From the NCBI GenBank assembly GCA_010093705.1, contig MU006097.1:1-64000 (forward strand): 64,000 bases of DNA, read 5' to 3'. This DNA is from Patellaria atrata CBS 101060. Lineage: Eukaryota. Below are positions 50,298-63,063 of this stretch, piece by piece; positions within the stretch are counted from its first letter, which is position 1, and each line of letters opens with the position of its first letter. Below the pieces are notes generated by a model. It made no database searches. It had not been told where the DNA came from and saw only the letters and a program-made list of their open reading frames with translations. The translations under genes and the position numbers were made by a program.

Positions 50298-53200
50298 TCA
50301 ACGTCCATCCAAGCACATCCACCACCACTCCCTACACCTCCACCCGCCTTCATTCCCCTCAACAACCTCCACAGCCCCCACATCAACCGCCCACTTCAAC
50401 GCCGCCCTCAACTCGGCCTTACTAACCGCATCCTTCAAACTGGCCAACATCCTCTCGGCGCTAATACCGGGTCTCAGCGCTATCAAACCCAAAACCACAC
50501 CCACCAACCTATGCCACCACTCGAGCATAACCTCCCCATGAACGTCGACCCAAAGCGGCAACGGCTCAACCTTCCCACAAAGCCCTCCATAACTCTTCGG
50601 TGGGTGCGATAACCTCCCTTCCCCCTCACTTGAAGCGAGCAGGCCGTTTCCGTAGACGTATGTGTCGGTAGGCACGACCTCCATTCCCCAATCCACGCAC
50701 CTCCGATCCATCTGCGTGGTCTTATAATTCCCCTCGGTGAAACCCCACCTCGTGAGTCTCGGGAATGGGTTGCCGAACTCGTGGTTCGTGGGTGGTAGTT
50801 TAGGTTGGACGCGGATGCGGTTGTGGGCCGCTAGAGAAGTGATGGCGAGGATCGTGCCTTGGGACGCGTTAACTGGGATCGTGTAGGTGGTATTTGGCTT
50901 CGAGTATGGAGAAACGTAGGTGCGTTCCTGGGACTTTGGGGTAGAGGACGACGAGAGCGCGAGCTTGTGAGCTTTGAAGATGGCGTCAAGCTCGTGTTTT
51001 GTCTTGATGGCGTCGAGGAGTGCGGGGGGTTCGATGAGCTTCTTGAATCGGAGCATGTATACGTCGTTTATTGCGAAAGCCCTGCCAGGTTTGAGACGTC
51101 CCTTGTTCTCGCTTCGCAACACGCGCTGTTCTTTAAGCTCGGATGTAGCGGCTTTGAGTAGATCTTCGGATAACGATTTCAACTTCTCCCTTGCGGCTTC
51201 TGGTTTGTACTTGTCTGCTGGGGTCAAGCTATTTGCTCGAATCCAGGATTTAGCGAGTTCGAGATCGGTGATGCGCTCTTGAGGAGTATCTATTTGCATT
51301 TCGTCCTCTTGTGCTTTATGGGAGAGCTTCCGGTCAGAAGGGGAGAGAGAAGTGCTGAAAGACATCTCCAGAACTATCTCCGCTCTACGACTCGTCGTGG
51401 TAATTTCCTTTGCCAGCTCTTCTCTGGGATCAGCTTTGCTGCTCAGAAGCTTTTTGAGTTCCAAAGTTGTCCACTGGTCCCGCGAAGCCGGTAATTGTGA
51501 ACCCAAAGTCATGGTCGCAGCCAACTTCATATGTTCCCTAAATCGTTCAGTAGCCCAATCAACAACCAAATCCCATTGATAGTTCGCGATGTCCTTATAG
51601 TTTAATAGGGGCAGTTCGCCGCTCTCACATGCCTCTAAATACGCCTCTTGAAAGGCAACGTGGATGCTATCCACAACTTCCGGGAAATATTTGCGTATCC
51701 AAGTCCATCGATTACGGAAAGCGATATGGTCGAAATTAGTATGAAAAATTTGCTCGATGATGCTCCAGTTGATTGCAGAGGATATTCCACCTAGAAGGGT
51801 GCGGACGACAATGATGGACATGACAAGACGACGCATATCAGCATCGGTGAGTTGCAAATCCGGATTCATGACCTTCGTGGGTGGCTTCTTCTTTGTTTTT
51901 AGGCGCAGTCTCTTGTGAGGACGCTGGCCCGTCTCGAAACTGACCGCTAAAGCCTTGCGCTTCTTTCCTCTTTGGTTAGGGACAGGTACTGAAAGCCCAG
52001 GGACGGGTTCTGAAAGTTCAGTGACGGGCACTTGGGGTTTAAAACGCTCGTTAATGAATGTATGTTGCTGTGGGTTATCGATTGTTTGATTGCTAGATAT
52101 TGGTGGTAGCACAGGCGCTGGGACGTGGACATGTGAAGGGCGAGTAATCCAGGTATTAAAAGCAAATTCTGTCGAATAGGTGCCATTAGTCGGGCAGAAG
52201 ACACTCAAGGGGTGCGTCAAACTCGTCGTCAATACAGAATCGGAAGAATATGTAGGCCGCGGAACCCAAATATTGAAAGCGAACTCGGTCGAATAGGTCC
52301 CATTAGTCGCGTAAAAAACACTCCTGGGGTTTATCAGACTAGTAGTCAAGACTGTCTCATAATTGGGATATTCTTTATGCCTCGTTATCTGGGTATAAAG
52401 AGGCCTTTCGGTTGGTAATAGCGTGTGCGAATGAGAGGATATTCGCGCCAATCGCTGTACAGGTTTGTTCGACGGCCTCCTTCCATTTCCAGGTACGTTG
52501 TTCGGCACGATATGATACCGTTTGAGTTGACGCTCATGAGCCTTCCATCTCTCCATTTGCTTTACGGCTTTTCGCCTGATCCTCGCCTCGGCGAGCTCTT
52601 GCTCAAGCCTCACTGCATCCGGCGGTCTACCTATACGCTCAACAATCATTTCTTCGTCAACTGGATAGATTTTCTTCTTATGCCCCGCAATCCTAGCTTC
52701 ACTCTCAAACTCTGCAAAAATGGGTGGGATATAAGGATCCGGGAATGTCTCTGTCATTTTGCGCTGCGCGTCCTTGATAGCTGGAGAATCAATTGGTACA
52801 TTTGTGGTCGTGAACATCTCCTTTGTAACAACTAGTCCGCCCTTACTCTTCAATGTGAATACTATCTTCCGTATCTTGCCAGAACTAACAAGGGCCTTGA
52901 GATGCCGTGATATAGTATAAAAATCCGGCTTTGGTAGATTAGGGTATAACTTCGCCCACTCGGCTGAGAGGGGCTCATATAATTCGCGAAGTCCACCTGG
53001 AAAGACACCGTCAACCTTTTCAAGAATGTTATTGAGAACTTTAGTCCTATTGAAGGCGATGGAACCGCCCCTAAGAATCCCAATACCCTTACTCGAGTTC
53101 TTCTTAGGTGATGGCCCAAGGGGCCGTTCGTGAAGAGAGTTTGACTGGGAGTTTTCAGCATCTATAATATGTTCTGAGGACGATACACCAGCGTCACATG

Positions 53201-56200
53201 AGAAAGTGGTTTCCATAGGTGAACTCGTCGCTTTGGATTGCCTGACGTGTCGCGAGCTTATGATGTTTGCAGTTTGGTTATTGACAACGAGGGTCTCTAG
53301 CACTCGCTCTTGTGGGATAGCTTCAAATGGCTGAGTAACATTCTCACTAGAAATGAGCTTCCCATTTGCGCGGTTCAAAGTATCGGTCCTATCTGCGACG
53401 AGAGTTGAAGGAGTATCATTTGCAGGGGGAGTGGAACCAGCTTTTCCGCTAGTTAGGCCTTCGGATTCCTCAGAAATAGCTCCACCGGGTGTGGCAACGT
53501 CTAACGGAGCCTCACTATTGTCCTCCGACTCTATAAGGATCTGCAGTTTGTAAATCGGTTCTGGTAAGTCAGGCGGTATATTGAGCTCTTTAGCTATCCG
53601 ATTAGATTTGATAACGGCGACAATACTTTTCCGGGGACGGCCTTGTTTAAACGGACGTTTCGATCCGGGGGGATTGATATAAAGCCCGGGTTTTGAGGTA
53701 TCGGAAAGCTGCGCTACCAGTTCTTTGATCCGAGCTTGAGAAACATTGAGGCGTGCACGTTTCTTCTTAGGCTTTTTCTTGACCTTCACAATGGTTGTAG
53801 AAGGGCCTTGTATAGTCGATGTTTCCGCAGGTGGATGGTTACCGGATGTGACTTGCTGTAGAGTCTCGCTATGCGGGTGAGCAGTAATAACCGTAGAAGT
53901 ATCTTCTGCAGGTACAGCATTCGTGGCTGGATGATCAATAGGGATGAGTGGACGGCTAATTCCATCACATAATAAGGACAAGCCATTATCGGTGGGTGTT
54001 GTCTCCATCCCGTTGCTCTCCAGCTGTTGTGCAGCTTTTTCAGCTCTTCGTTGCTCGTCTCGCTTCAATCTCACCTGTCTCTTCTTCAGGGTGCGTTGAT
54101 CCCCACCTTCAGCAATCCAGTCCAAGTCCATCAGACGGTCAGATTTGAAAACTGCAACCATAAACTTCCGAGGACGGCCTTTGATTTTACGGTTAGGGAC
54201 TGACCCTGGCGGGTCTATATAAACCCCCGGATCTAACAAAGGTTCGAATTTAGTGGAAAAGGAATCGAGACCTTCTATGGTACGATCTAACAACTCATCG
54301 TTATCAACTATCCGCACCTTTTTTCTATCTCGTCCTTTGACAGCTGACACTGTAGATGATGGAGGTCCTGCTACTGGTGTCGTCATATTTGATTGAGTAG
54401 AAATGATGCTTGTATTCTGTCTGTTAACCCCTGAAGTAGTCTGTAGAATTTCAAGAGTGGAGCTATCATTGGAGTTAGACATGTCTCTCCCAGAAATCGG
54501 TAAGATAGGAGTTTGCAGAGTTGCCGAGACTGATTGATTGTGAGCATTCGAGCGAGGGTGCTCTGATACTCTATCAGCGACGCCGTTAATTGTGGGATTC
54601 ATGTCTTTGTCGGATTCCGAGTCTGACGTCTCTGGGATCAAGCCTAATTCCTGGTTCCTCTTTCTCTCCTCTTTGGCTTCCGCAGTTGCAATCTTCTTTG
54701 CTTTTTCTAAAATCCGAGCTTTCCATTCCTTCTGCTCCTTTATCGCATGCTGCTTTATCTTCCATTTCTGGGCGGTTGATAGTGAAGCGTCGCCTTTTCC
54801 TGGCCGGACTAATAGACCCCTACTTTTTAATGTATGAGGCCCAGTTTCAGAGTCAAAAATGGCGTCCAGATTGATATCGTCATCAGAAGGTGCGCTACGC
54901 TTTTTTGGAATTGCACGGGAGTCCGGATTCCAGTTTACCGTAAATGTACCATTCCGTCTATGCTGGACAACTGGATCTGTCTTGTTGAGCTTCAAAGGTG
55001 GAACCTTTGCAGTTTTGAGAAGATCTTGTAGCGTAGCTGTATTAGTGTGACCAAGTATGCGACCAGCCGCGATTATGGGGAATCCCCACTGATCAACCAT
55101 TGCTGGCTGAAGATGAGCAGTCTTAGTCACTCCCTTTCCCTTCTTTGCACCACTAGCCACCATGACTGCTTCCCAAGCTGTTCGACCGTCTTCAACAGCC
55201 ATTTTGAAATTATCATATGACCGATAGACGTAATGGAGATGAGTATTCGTGGCGGTTTTGGTAAGACCGTTGTCTCGAATGATCCCAAGATGGCGCAAAT
55301 GCGGCGGTTGCGATATCTGCCAATGGTCACATATTCGGGCAGATATATTATGCATCGGCCGAACCCAGAAAGGGCCAAAGCCGGATTTCATAAGATCCAT
55401 AGCAGTAATCCCACCGGAGCCGCTGTTTTCTACGAGACGGAAGACTTGATTGGTATGTGGAAGGTCTGGCGTCCACAATGGAGGCTGTCTAGAAAGCTGA
55501 GTTTCTCTTGTTTCAGCGGGTTCTTCATCATCTTTGAGCAAGTCTTCGATATCGTCGCCCTCCTCATCAGAATCGACGTCAATTTGTTTTTCTCCGGTGC
55601 GCTCGGACGGTTTGAATCTGAACCATTTGTTGAAAATCTCCCGATCATGGTCAGTTGGTTCACGTAGAAGCTTAATACACCGTAGCAGCTTTTTCGCACC
55701 AGCACGAGCGTAGCCAACCCGTGCTGTTGCCAGTACAATATCCACTATGCCAAGCTCCGACATGCGATTTATTGCCCTACATAAATTTCTTCTTTGACGT
55801 TTCGTACCGTCCTACCAACATTAGCAATACCCCATGCATGCTATAAAAGTGAGATCTTACTGGTAATATAACTCGTATAAAGTCATGCAGTATGATTGCA
55901 TTGACATCCTTTAGCATTTCACAAGCTCTCTCTAGCAAGTGCTCCGCAACCAGTATCCCGTTATGATAAACAGATCTCGGCTGCTCACTGAGTGCCTTGT
56001 GAAAGCGTCTAAGCGTACACAAGCTCGTTTTCGTTCCTTTGCCATAAACGGTCTTTTTAGTGATATAACCTTTTTCAGCAAGCTTGTCGGTCCGTTGTGG
56101 CGTTGATCTCTTGTCCTGCCCAGACTGGTGGGTAAGATCCCTCTGAAGAATTCCGTCTGGGCCATGGAACGCAATGATTGAAAGAAGCTGGAACTCATGA

Positions 56201-56927
56201 CGAGGGATACGTTGCCAATCAACACCATGGCCGGTTAGTGCATGCCACATTCGGCTTTGAGTGACACGTACTTGAACAGACGCATGTAGCTTATCTGTTC
56301 CTCGATCGTTCGCGTTGAGGTCCCCACGACCTTCTGTCATATTTGACGTAGTCGCATTAATGCGCTCTTCTACTTGAACCAATGTCAAAGCATTCCCCGA
56401 ACCTTCTGGGCTGATGAGAACATCTGGATGAGCTGTAAGCCATTTCCAAACCTTTTCCAGAAACCTTCGGTCAATCTCAGGTGGGGAAAGCTCAGTTTGA
56501 TCATCTTCAGAAACAGTAGTATCGGTTGCTTCACGTTGATTTGTCAAGAAAACTTGGACGAAACCCTTGATATCAACTAAGCTTGCGCCTGTAAAGTAGG
56601 TTAGTATCAACCAGACACTCAAAGAAGGTTCACAAATAGGCAATTCCTCGTAACAAGGGAGTACATTTTCAATCCTACAAGCCAGGCAGAAGGGCAAAGC
56701 TACTGAAGTATTCACATGTATTACAAAATGGCAGATGCAATTAATCATGATATTCTTAATGGTCTATTCTGAGGATATGTAATATCTCAAGTGGGGAAAG
56801 AAAGAAAACCGTGTAGTGAGGTAGCATTAGGAGTTCAAGTTGTAGTTGCGTTCAACGTACCTTGCTCGCCTTTAAGGGCAACACGCTCGAGTAAAAAGTC
56901 GACCAGATCATCCACACCTCCACCCAT
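50298..56927 (-). CDS. TFC3: TFIIIC B-block-binding subunit (Tfc3/Sfc3), 3 exons
   Basis: Exon 1 MGGGVDDLVDFLLERVALKGEQG. Winged-helix B-block motif LLSIIAFHGPDGILQRDL...GQDKRSTPQRTDKLAEKGYITK. C-terminal GLIALRPGI...EWWW. Confidence 0.88.
52140..52355 (-). repeat. 117-bp (39-aa) tandem duplication within TFC3 CDS
   Basis: VLTTSLINPRSVFYATNGTYSTEFAFNIWVPRP is followed by VLTTSLTHPLSVFCPTNGTYSTEFAFNTWITRP. Confidence 0.9.
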
Positions 56928-57655
56928 CGTCCCCTGTTAACTGAGAGATGTGCCTGTGCTTCATGCACTCCCTTTTAGTGGTGACCCAAAATTCCTGATT
57001 AGACAACACCGGGAATCGAACGCGTGCTCCACTTGTGAGTTGTGATTGTAGAAATGCAGAACAAGGCTCAGGTATCGTCGTTTACTTTGGGTGCAGAGAT
57101 TTGCAGGCGAATTGTCGGCGGTGCGTTCCCGCCTGGGATCTGGATTTTGGCGCACAGGCACCAGCGAAAAGCCGAAAATGATGCGGGGCAGAGCCGAGCT
57201 CTTGGTGAGTTTGACTTGTTTGTGTTGAAGCCAGACTTCTCTCCGCTCCCTGCCATCACCGTCTACTATCGGGTCTTACAGATGAACCTATGAAGGTCCT
57301 AGGATTCGCTTAAAGATAGTAGGTATCAGCAAATTAGAATAATGAAGGCCGCATAACGAAGACACCACCTACGGTGGTACTGTACTATAATAATGTACTA
57401 GAATCTGTGATTGCCCTCAAGAGTACAATAATAGGGTATACCTCGCATCACCCGATGGATGCAATGAGTACCTCAGATATCGAGAGAAGTAGATATTACT
57501 CTTCTATGAATCAATAATGACGTCTGCCTAGCAAGTAGTTACGAGCTTCTTTGGCCTTTTCCCTAAAATTAGATCTTTTTCAGTTAACCAGTCTATAATT
57601 ACGAGAGCTTTTCCACTCCAACTCCAATACAATCTCAGCATAACTTGAAGCAAAT

Positions 57656-58503
57656 ATGGCTGATCAACAAGTCACAAACGACGCTCTAGGAGAGCCGCTC
57701 TCCACCAAAAGCAAAGTGCTCGAGACCGGCGCCTCAGCCATTCAGGTAAATTATCGAAATAAACAGTTCCTTTCTCTTACACTAATGTGTGCTTTTAGGA
57801 TTTTAGGCCTGTCAAGCATATCTGCGCCCACTTGAACGCTTTCCACGCGTATGCATCAGATCCCACACGCACGGTGGAGGCCAACCATTACTGTTCTCAT
57901 CTCAACGAAGGTATCGTGATTTATATCCTTCACGTATTGCTCAACTCATCCTAACTTCCCCACCATATAGACGTTCGTCAATGCATCCTCTACGACTCGC
58001 CTGAACCTAATGCTCGCCTTATCGGTATCGAATATATGATCTCACCCAAGCTCTACAATACGCTCGATTCAGAAGAGCGGAAGTTGTGGCATACTCACGT
58101 TTTTGAAGTCAAATCTGGTATGCTCATCATGCCTCGTCCGGTCGGTGTGCCAGATGCAGTTTGGGAGACAGCGGAGAACAAGGAGATGGAAGAAGTGATT
58201 AAGATATATGGAAAAGTATATCACTTATGGCAGGTCGATAGAGGTGATAAGTTGCCCTTGGGTCAGCCTGAGCTCATGGTCAGCTATACTGCAGAGGATC
58301 AATTCGACTTCGATAAGTATGTGGGCGACCGTGATGCGAGATTCGGGGAAGACTACAAGCATAAACAGGAGATTAGAGATTATATCGAAGTACCAGAGCT
58401 CCATCCTGGTAGGATGTGTCTAAATCACTCTGTAAAATACGGCTAACGAATAGCAGATGCTGATGCCGTATGGAAATCCGGTATCAATCCACCTACTACC
58501 TAA
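57656..58503 (+). CDS. DUF1264 / oil-body-associated-protein-like, 4 exons
   Basis: Motifs HLNAFH...[14 protein letters not shown]...[39 protein letters not shown] and HP/DAD. Confidence 0.9.
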
Positions 58504-60453
58504 GCTTCGTTTATTGTAGCCAAGACCTCGCAAGTTATGGAAACGAAGCTTGAAATTTATAATGATAGAACGAGTTATGAATGATGATACCATACGGGGT
58601 TGAATTAAAGTATTTAAGGATGAAAGGGAGTGAGAATTTTATTTTCAACTTCACTGTATTATAGTAATAACCATTCCTCTCTAAGTAGACTCTCCACCCC
58701 TTTCGTTTCTAATGTAATTGGCAAAATTCTGAATAATGTCACCTCAGTCACTCCTGCGGGTGTCAACATGTGACAACCACTGGAGTGATAAGGATCTCCT
58801 GCCTCAATTAAGTGGCAGAGTGGTGTCTTTCTTGCTTCTCTGTCCACACCTCCTCACCCTGGCGATGGCGATGAGGGGCTCTAGCAATTTCGAAGCTTCT
58901 AATACGTTCTCGAAGGGAAGGAAGGTAGAGGTATACCGACTGCTCACACTCGAGTTGTTCTACTATCATGGGAATGAGGGATGTCTATTGAGCTGGATGG
59001 GGATGCAATTGAAAGTGGGATACATGTCTACTGTTCGTCCATTGTGGAATTGTAGCTGTATTGAGATGAAAACCACTAAATTTGTGATTTTGCATTTCAT
59101 GAAAGAGAGTTGACGTTGGGTTGAGGAAGAAATTTAAACGCCCTTAGCTCTCAATGGTCCCACGCGCTAAGCCAATTTCGATGTGAAACAAGGGGTTACA
59201 ACTACAACCTTATACCTCACCTCAGGAGATAATAAAGAAACTGCCCGAAATTTAAATCGACGCAGACTACAAAAGTCGTCTTTCATATCTTTAGAATTAT
59301 TTGGACTCTTGGTGTACCGATCTTTGATTCATACGTTCTCTCGAGGAAACTTACCCCTAAAACTTCAGCTCTGGTACAAATTAGGCAATAAGGGGATAGC
59401 TCACGAGAGGTGTTAGAATGTACGATATTTCTTTCCTTCTTATAATACTCGGTATATTGAATTTATTGTTCTTGAAATTCGCTATTTATCTATCTGTCTG
59501 AATTTCTGAATTTTCCTCCTTCATTATACCGGTTGGAATTCCCGGGCACTGTACGATTGCTGCACGATAACTACGTACTCTACAATCTGTCTTCTCGAGA
59601 ATTCGTACACGTCTGTGCAGTACAAGGAATACGTCATCTTTCTGGTACCGTACAGAAACTCGGGAATTCTACGATCAGGAAAAAGACCCTCGAAGGCCGC
59701 AATCCCTGGGTTGAGAGGAAACCTCTAGCAAAGAGCCCCGAAATCTTTCCTCGGAATGAAAAAGCAATTTACAACATTATACTCAAGGATCATCTGTTCG
59801 GCTGCGAGGACTGATGCCAAAGATCTTCGTGACCCCGCGTCTATAGACATATGCACATTATGACATGCATGGACCAGGAGTCACTTAACTTAAGAATACC
59901 GCTGGCAATCAAGTTGTCCGACGCATACCGAGGAATCAAGATCATTCTCAACTTACCCATGGACTATCAGTTCATCGCTGTAAAAGGATGACCAGCATGG
60001 AATAAGAACAATCCAGTCTTCTCCCTAAAAACTGGCCACAGTCATGTCACACTTCACATACGGTCTGGCTATTGTTCGCATTACCGCTATTCACATGCGA
60101 CAATTTCTGGCGCAAACCTACTCAATTACCGCATTTTCCCATTCAGAATGGCTCCAGTTGCATGCGTGACCTCCGGTATGACGCAAAATCTCAACGACAA
60201 TAAGGTCACAGCAGTAGCAATATGCTGGCCATTGTCACCCGCCTATCCGATGGCTCTCTTATATCCCCGTCCGACTCATTTCCTTTCTCTTTTCTTCATC
60301 TCACAGTCATCTCACTTTCTTGAGTCTTATTTCTGTCTCACTCTTCACACAACGCTTTCTTCAATCTCGCATATCACAATTCACGTTCAATACACCTCTA
60401 CCTATCACTCCTTGTCGAATTACTCACAAAGCGCCAATATCACTGACGCAAAT

Positions 60454-61643
60454 ATGATTACTTATCAGCTCTACAGTCATCCTCACCACCAAAACCTCCT
60501 CCTCACTCCCATCCTCGAAGACACACCATCAATTCCTCACGAGCTCGCCGTACACGACCTCACTGTCGCGCTCCCAAAGTCATCCGAACGCAAAAAAGCC
60601 TTCAACGCTTTCCTCAACGTCACAAGCCACAGGCTCGTACAGCTCACCGCCGACCAACTCGACTCCCTCAACGTCCAGCGCATCGTGCACGAAAAGCGCG
60701 CTCGAGCCGTCTTCCGCGCCGCCGTATTCCACATCGTCACCTCCCGCGTAACGCAGCAACTCACTTCGCAGCGCTACTGGACCGCAGCCGAAATCAGTAC
60801 CGGCATCCAGCTCCTGCGTTCCGAGTTCGAATCCGCCGTACGAATCGGGATGTCTCGCCTCCCGTTCCTGCAGACGGGCGCTCTTCCCGCCCTGTCCGAG
60901 GACGCCGGCGCCGCCACTTCCTCCCCGGCCCGCGGCCAGGAAATGCGTTCGAACCTCCTGCAGAAACTCCGTGCGCCGGCCCTCGTGCACTCCTGGTCCT
61001 TCTGGCACGATCGCCAGGACCGGCGTAAACCTGCCGGCGCCACTGCCGATGCGGAAGATAGGTACGAGGATCGCCTCGTTATGCTACACGAGATTGAGGA
61101 TGTCAAGCAATTCTGGAGCGTGTATAATAACTTCGAGCTCCACAATTTACAGCTTAAGGACAGCATTCACCTGTTCCATCGCGGGACGAAGCCCGTCTGG
61201 GAGGATCCCAGAAATGTCAAAGGTGGTGCTTGGACGTTCCGCGTGCCGAAAGAGAAGGCGGGTGAGTTCTGGCAGCAGGTCAGTCTGTTGGCGGTTGGCG
61301 AGCAGTTGCAGGCTGCGGTCAAGGATCCAAAGCGTGTTCGTAAGTTTATTCCCCTTCTTGAATGCTGGTTCTGTTGTTATCGTTGCGTACATTTGCTAAT
61401 GCGATTCTAGGCTTTCACGATGATATCTGTGGCGTCAGTTACTCTGTCCGCTTCACGTCTGTGCTGATCTCTGTCTGGAACCGAGACGCCGAGAACGCCG
61501 CTGGCATACAGAAGATCAAGGAGGTCATCTTCGAGGCGTTGGATCAGGAACTTGTCCCGAAGGAGGGTGTGTACTACTACAAGAAGCACTCCCAGCATCC
61601 TGGATTCAGGGCTCCCGAAGGCGATGCTTCCGCTGCTGCTTAG
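60454..61643 (+). CDS. eIF4E-family cap-binding protein with N-terminal extension (alternative start at 60850), 2 exons
   Basis: Motifs HSWSFWHD, FWSVYN, HLFHRGTKPVWEDPRN..GGAW and DDICGVSYSVR...ISVWN. Intron at about 61340-61410. Confidence 0.85.
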
Positions 61644-62076
61644 ATTTGAGTTTGTTCTACTTCTCAGGGAGTTATGGTAGCATAGATTACTTTTGGAATT
61701 CATGATCACGGTTTCGATATATGCTATTTCCTCAGTTATTACTTTGTGAAAAGTCCTTGTTCTTATGGTATGACCCTACTGTCCGCTTACCGTCTAAACC
61801 CTCCACCATATGAGTGCAGTTCCTAGGATAATCAATCCGAAGCAGGTTCATACAGTAGCCTAGTGCATTTTCATGTTTTTATACCGTACAGCGGCAGGAG
61901 GAAAGGTATAGGTCGTATACAAATCTCATCAATAGTATTTTTCATAGGAACGAACCATAGGCATCACCTATCTAAACCCTATCCATTCCCCTTACCCAGA
62001 AGCCCCAAGAATAGCCAGTCCACTCTCATCCATCAGGAATAAATAAAAAATAAACCCCATATACCCCCAACCAACC

Positions 62077-62839
62077 TTACCCAAACACCCCCGCCCGTCT
62101 CATGACAGCCTCAAACTCCTCCACCCCGACCGTTCCCCCATCCCCCTGTCCCTGACTCCCATTCGCCTCCCTCAACATATCCCTCAAAACCTCCTCAGCA
62201 ACCTCCTCCCTCAACTCCCTTGCGACCCTCTTCAAATGCGCCAGCGTGATTGGGCCCGTCCCCCTCGCAAAGAGCTCATAAGCCTGCTTTACCTCCTGCG
62301 TCCGATGTCTCTGCCTCGCATCCACGCGCTCATCCTCATCGTACACAGAGCCCTCGGGCGAACCGGACGCCTGGCGCTCCGCGTGGTTGAACTGGAGCGC
62401 GGCGTAGGAGAGGAAAGGGGGGTAGGGGATGTAGCCGGTCTCGGTGGGGTCGAGCGTGTCTAGCATCTCCCCGATCTCTGAGGGGGGAGGAGGGTAGCCT
62501 AGTGCGCTATCGTGTCGTTGGGTGTGAGCGTGGTTCTGAAGGGGGGAGGAGGGAGGGGCGAGACGCACATCAGACACCTTCGCACGTCTTCACGTCTTAA
62601 GACGCCGGAGTCCTCGAAGTCGGGATGTTGAACTGCGAAGAGGGAGAATGCTTCTTGGATCTCGGCTTCTTGCGTCGCGTTGATGCTGTTTTCTTTGGCG
62701 AGTTTGGAGGCGCGCTTGGGTGTGCTGGTGGAAGGGGGTTTGGCTTTAGCTTTGCCGGTGGCGGTACGTTTGGGAGGCTGCGAGAGGGTGTTTGGGTGAG
62801 ATCGGGGGGCTTCAGGGGAGAATAGATATGACTTACCAT
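62077..62839 (-). CDS. EF-hand (centrin/calmodulin-like) protein, 3 exons
   Basis: An ATG-only first exon is followed by GTAAGT. Then PPKR...EIQEAFSLF, LDPTETGYI, ITLAHLKRVARELRE and EEFEAVMRRAGVF. Confidence 0.85.
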
Positions 62840-63063
62840 TATAGAGTATGGGAGAAGGGGAAAGCGGTTTGGTGGGGTTGGAGCTGGAGTTCACATGCGA
62901 GAGGAAACGATGATGCGGAGGTCTTTGCGGGAGATGCCTTTTCAGAAATTGAACAACGAAAAGTTTCTTGCTCCTCTCCTCCAACACCAACACCGAACTC
63001 CAATTCTACTCCATTCACAACGCAATTCAATCGTACTCCCATACCCCTCATCGCGCGACCAAG

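Noticed and set aside
56589..56859. Intronic snoRNA in the unusually long (~270 nt) TFC3 intron 1
   Set aside because: No convincing C/D box pair or H/ACA structure could be seen. An Infernal/Rfam scan would be needed.
60148..60453. Further upstream in-frame part of the eIF4E ORF (MAPVAC...)
   Set aside because: It runs through a CT-rich promoter/5'-UTR-like tract with non-protein-like composition.
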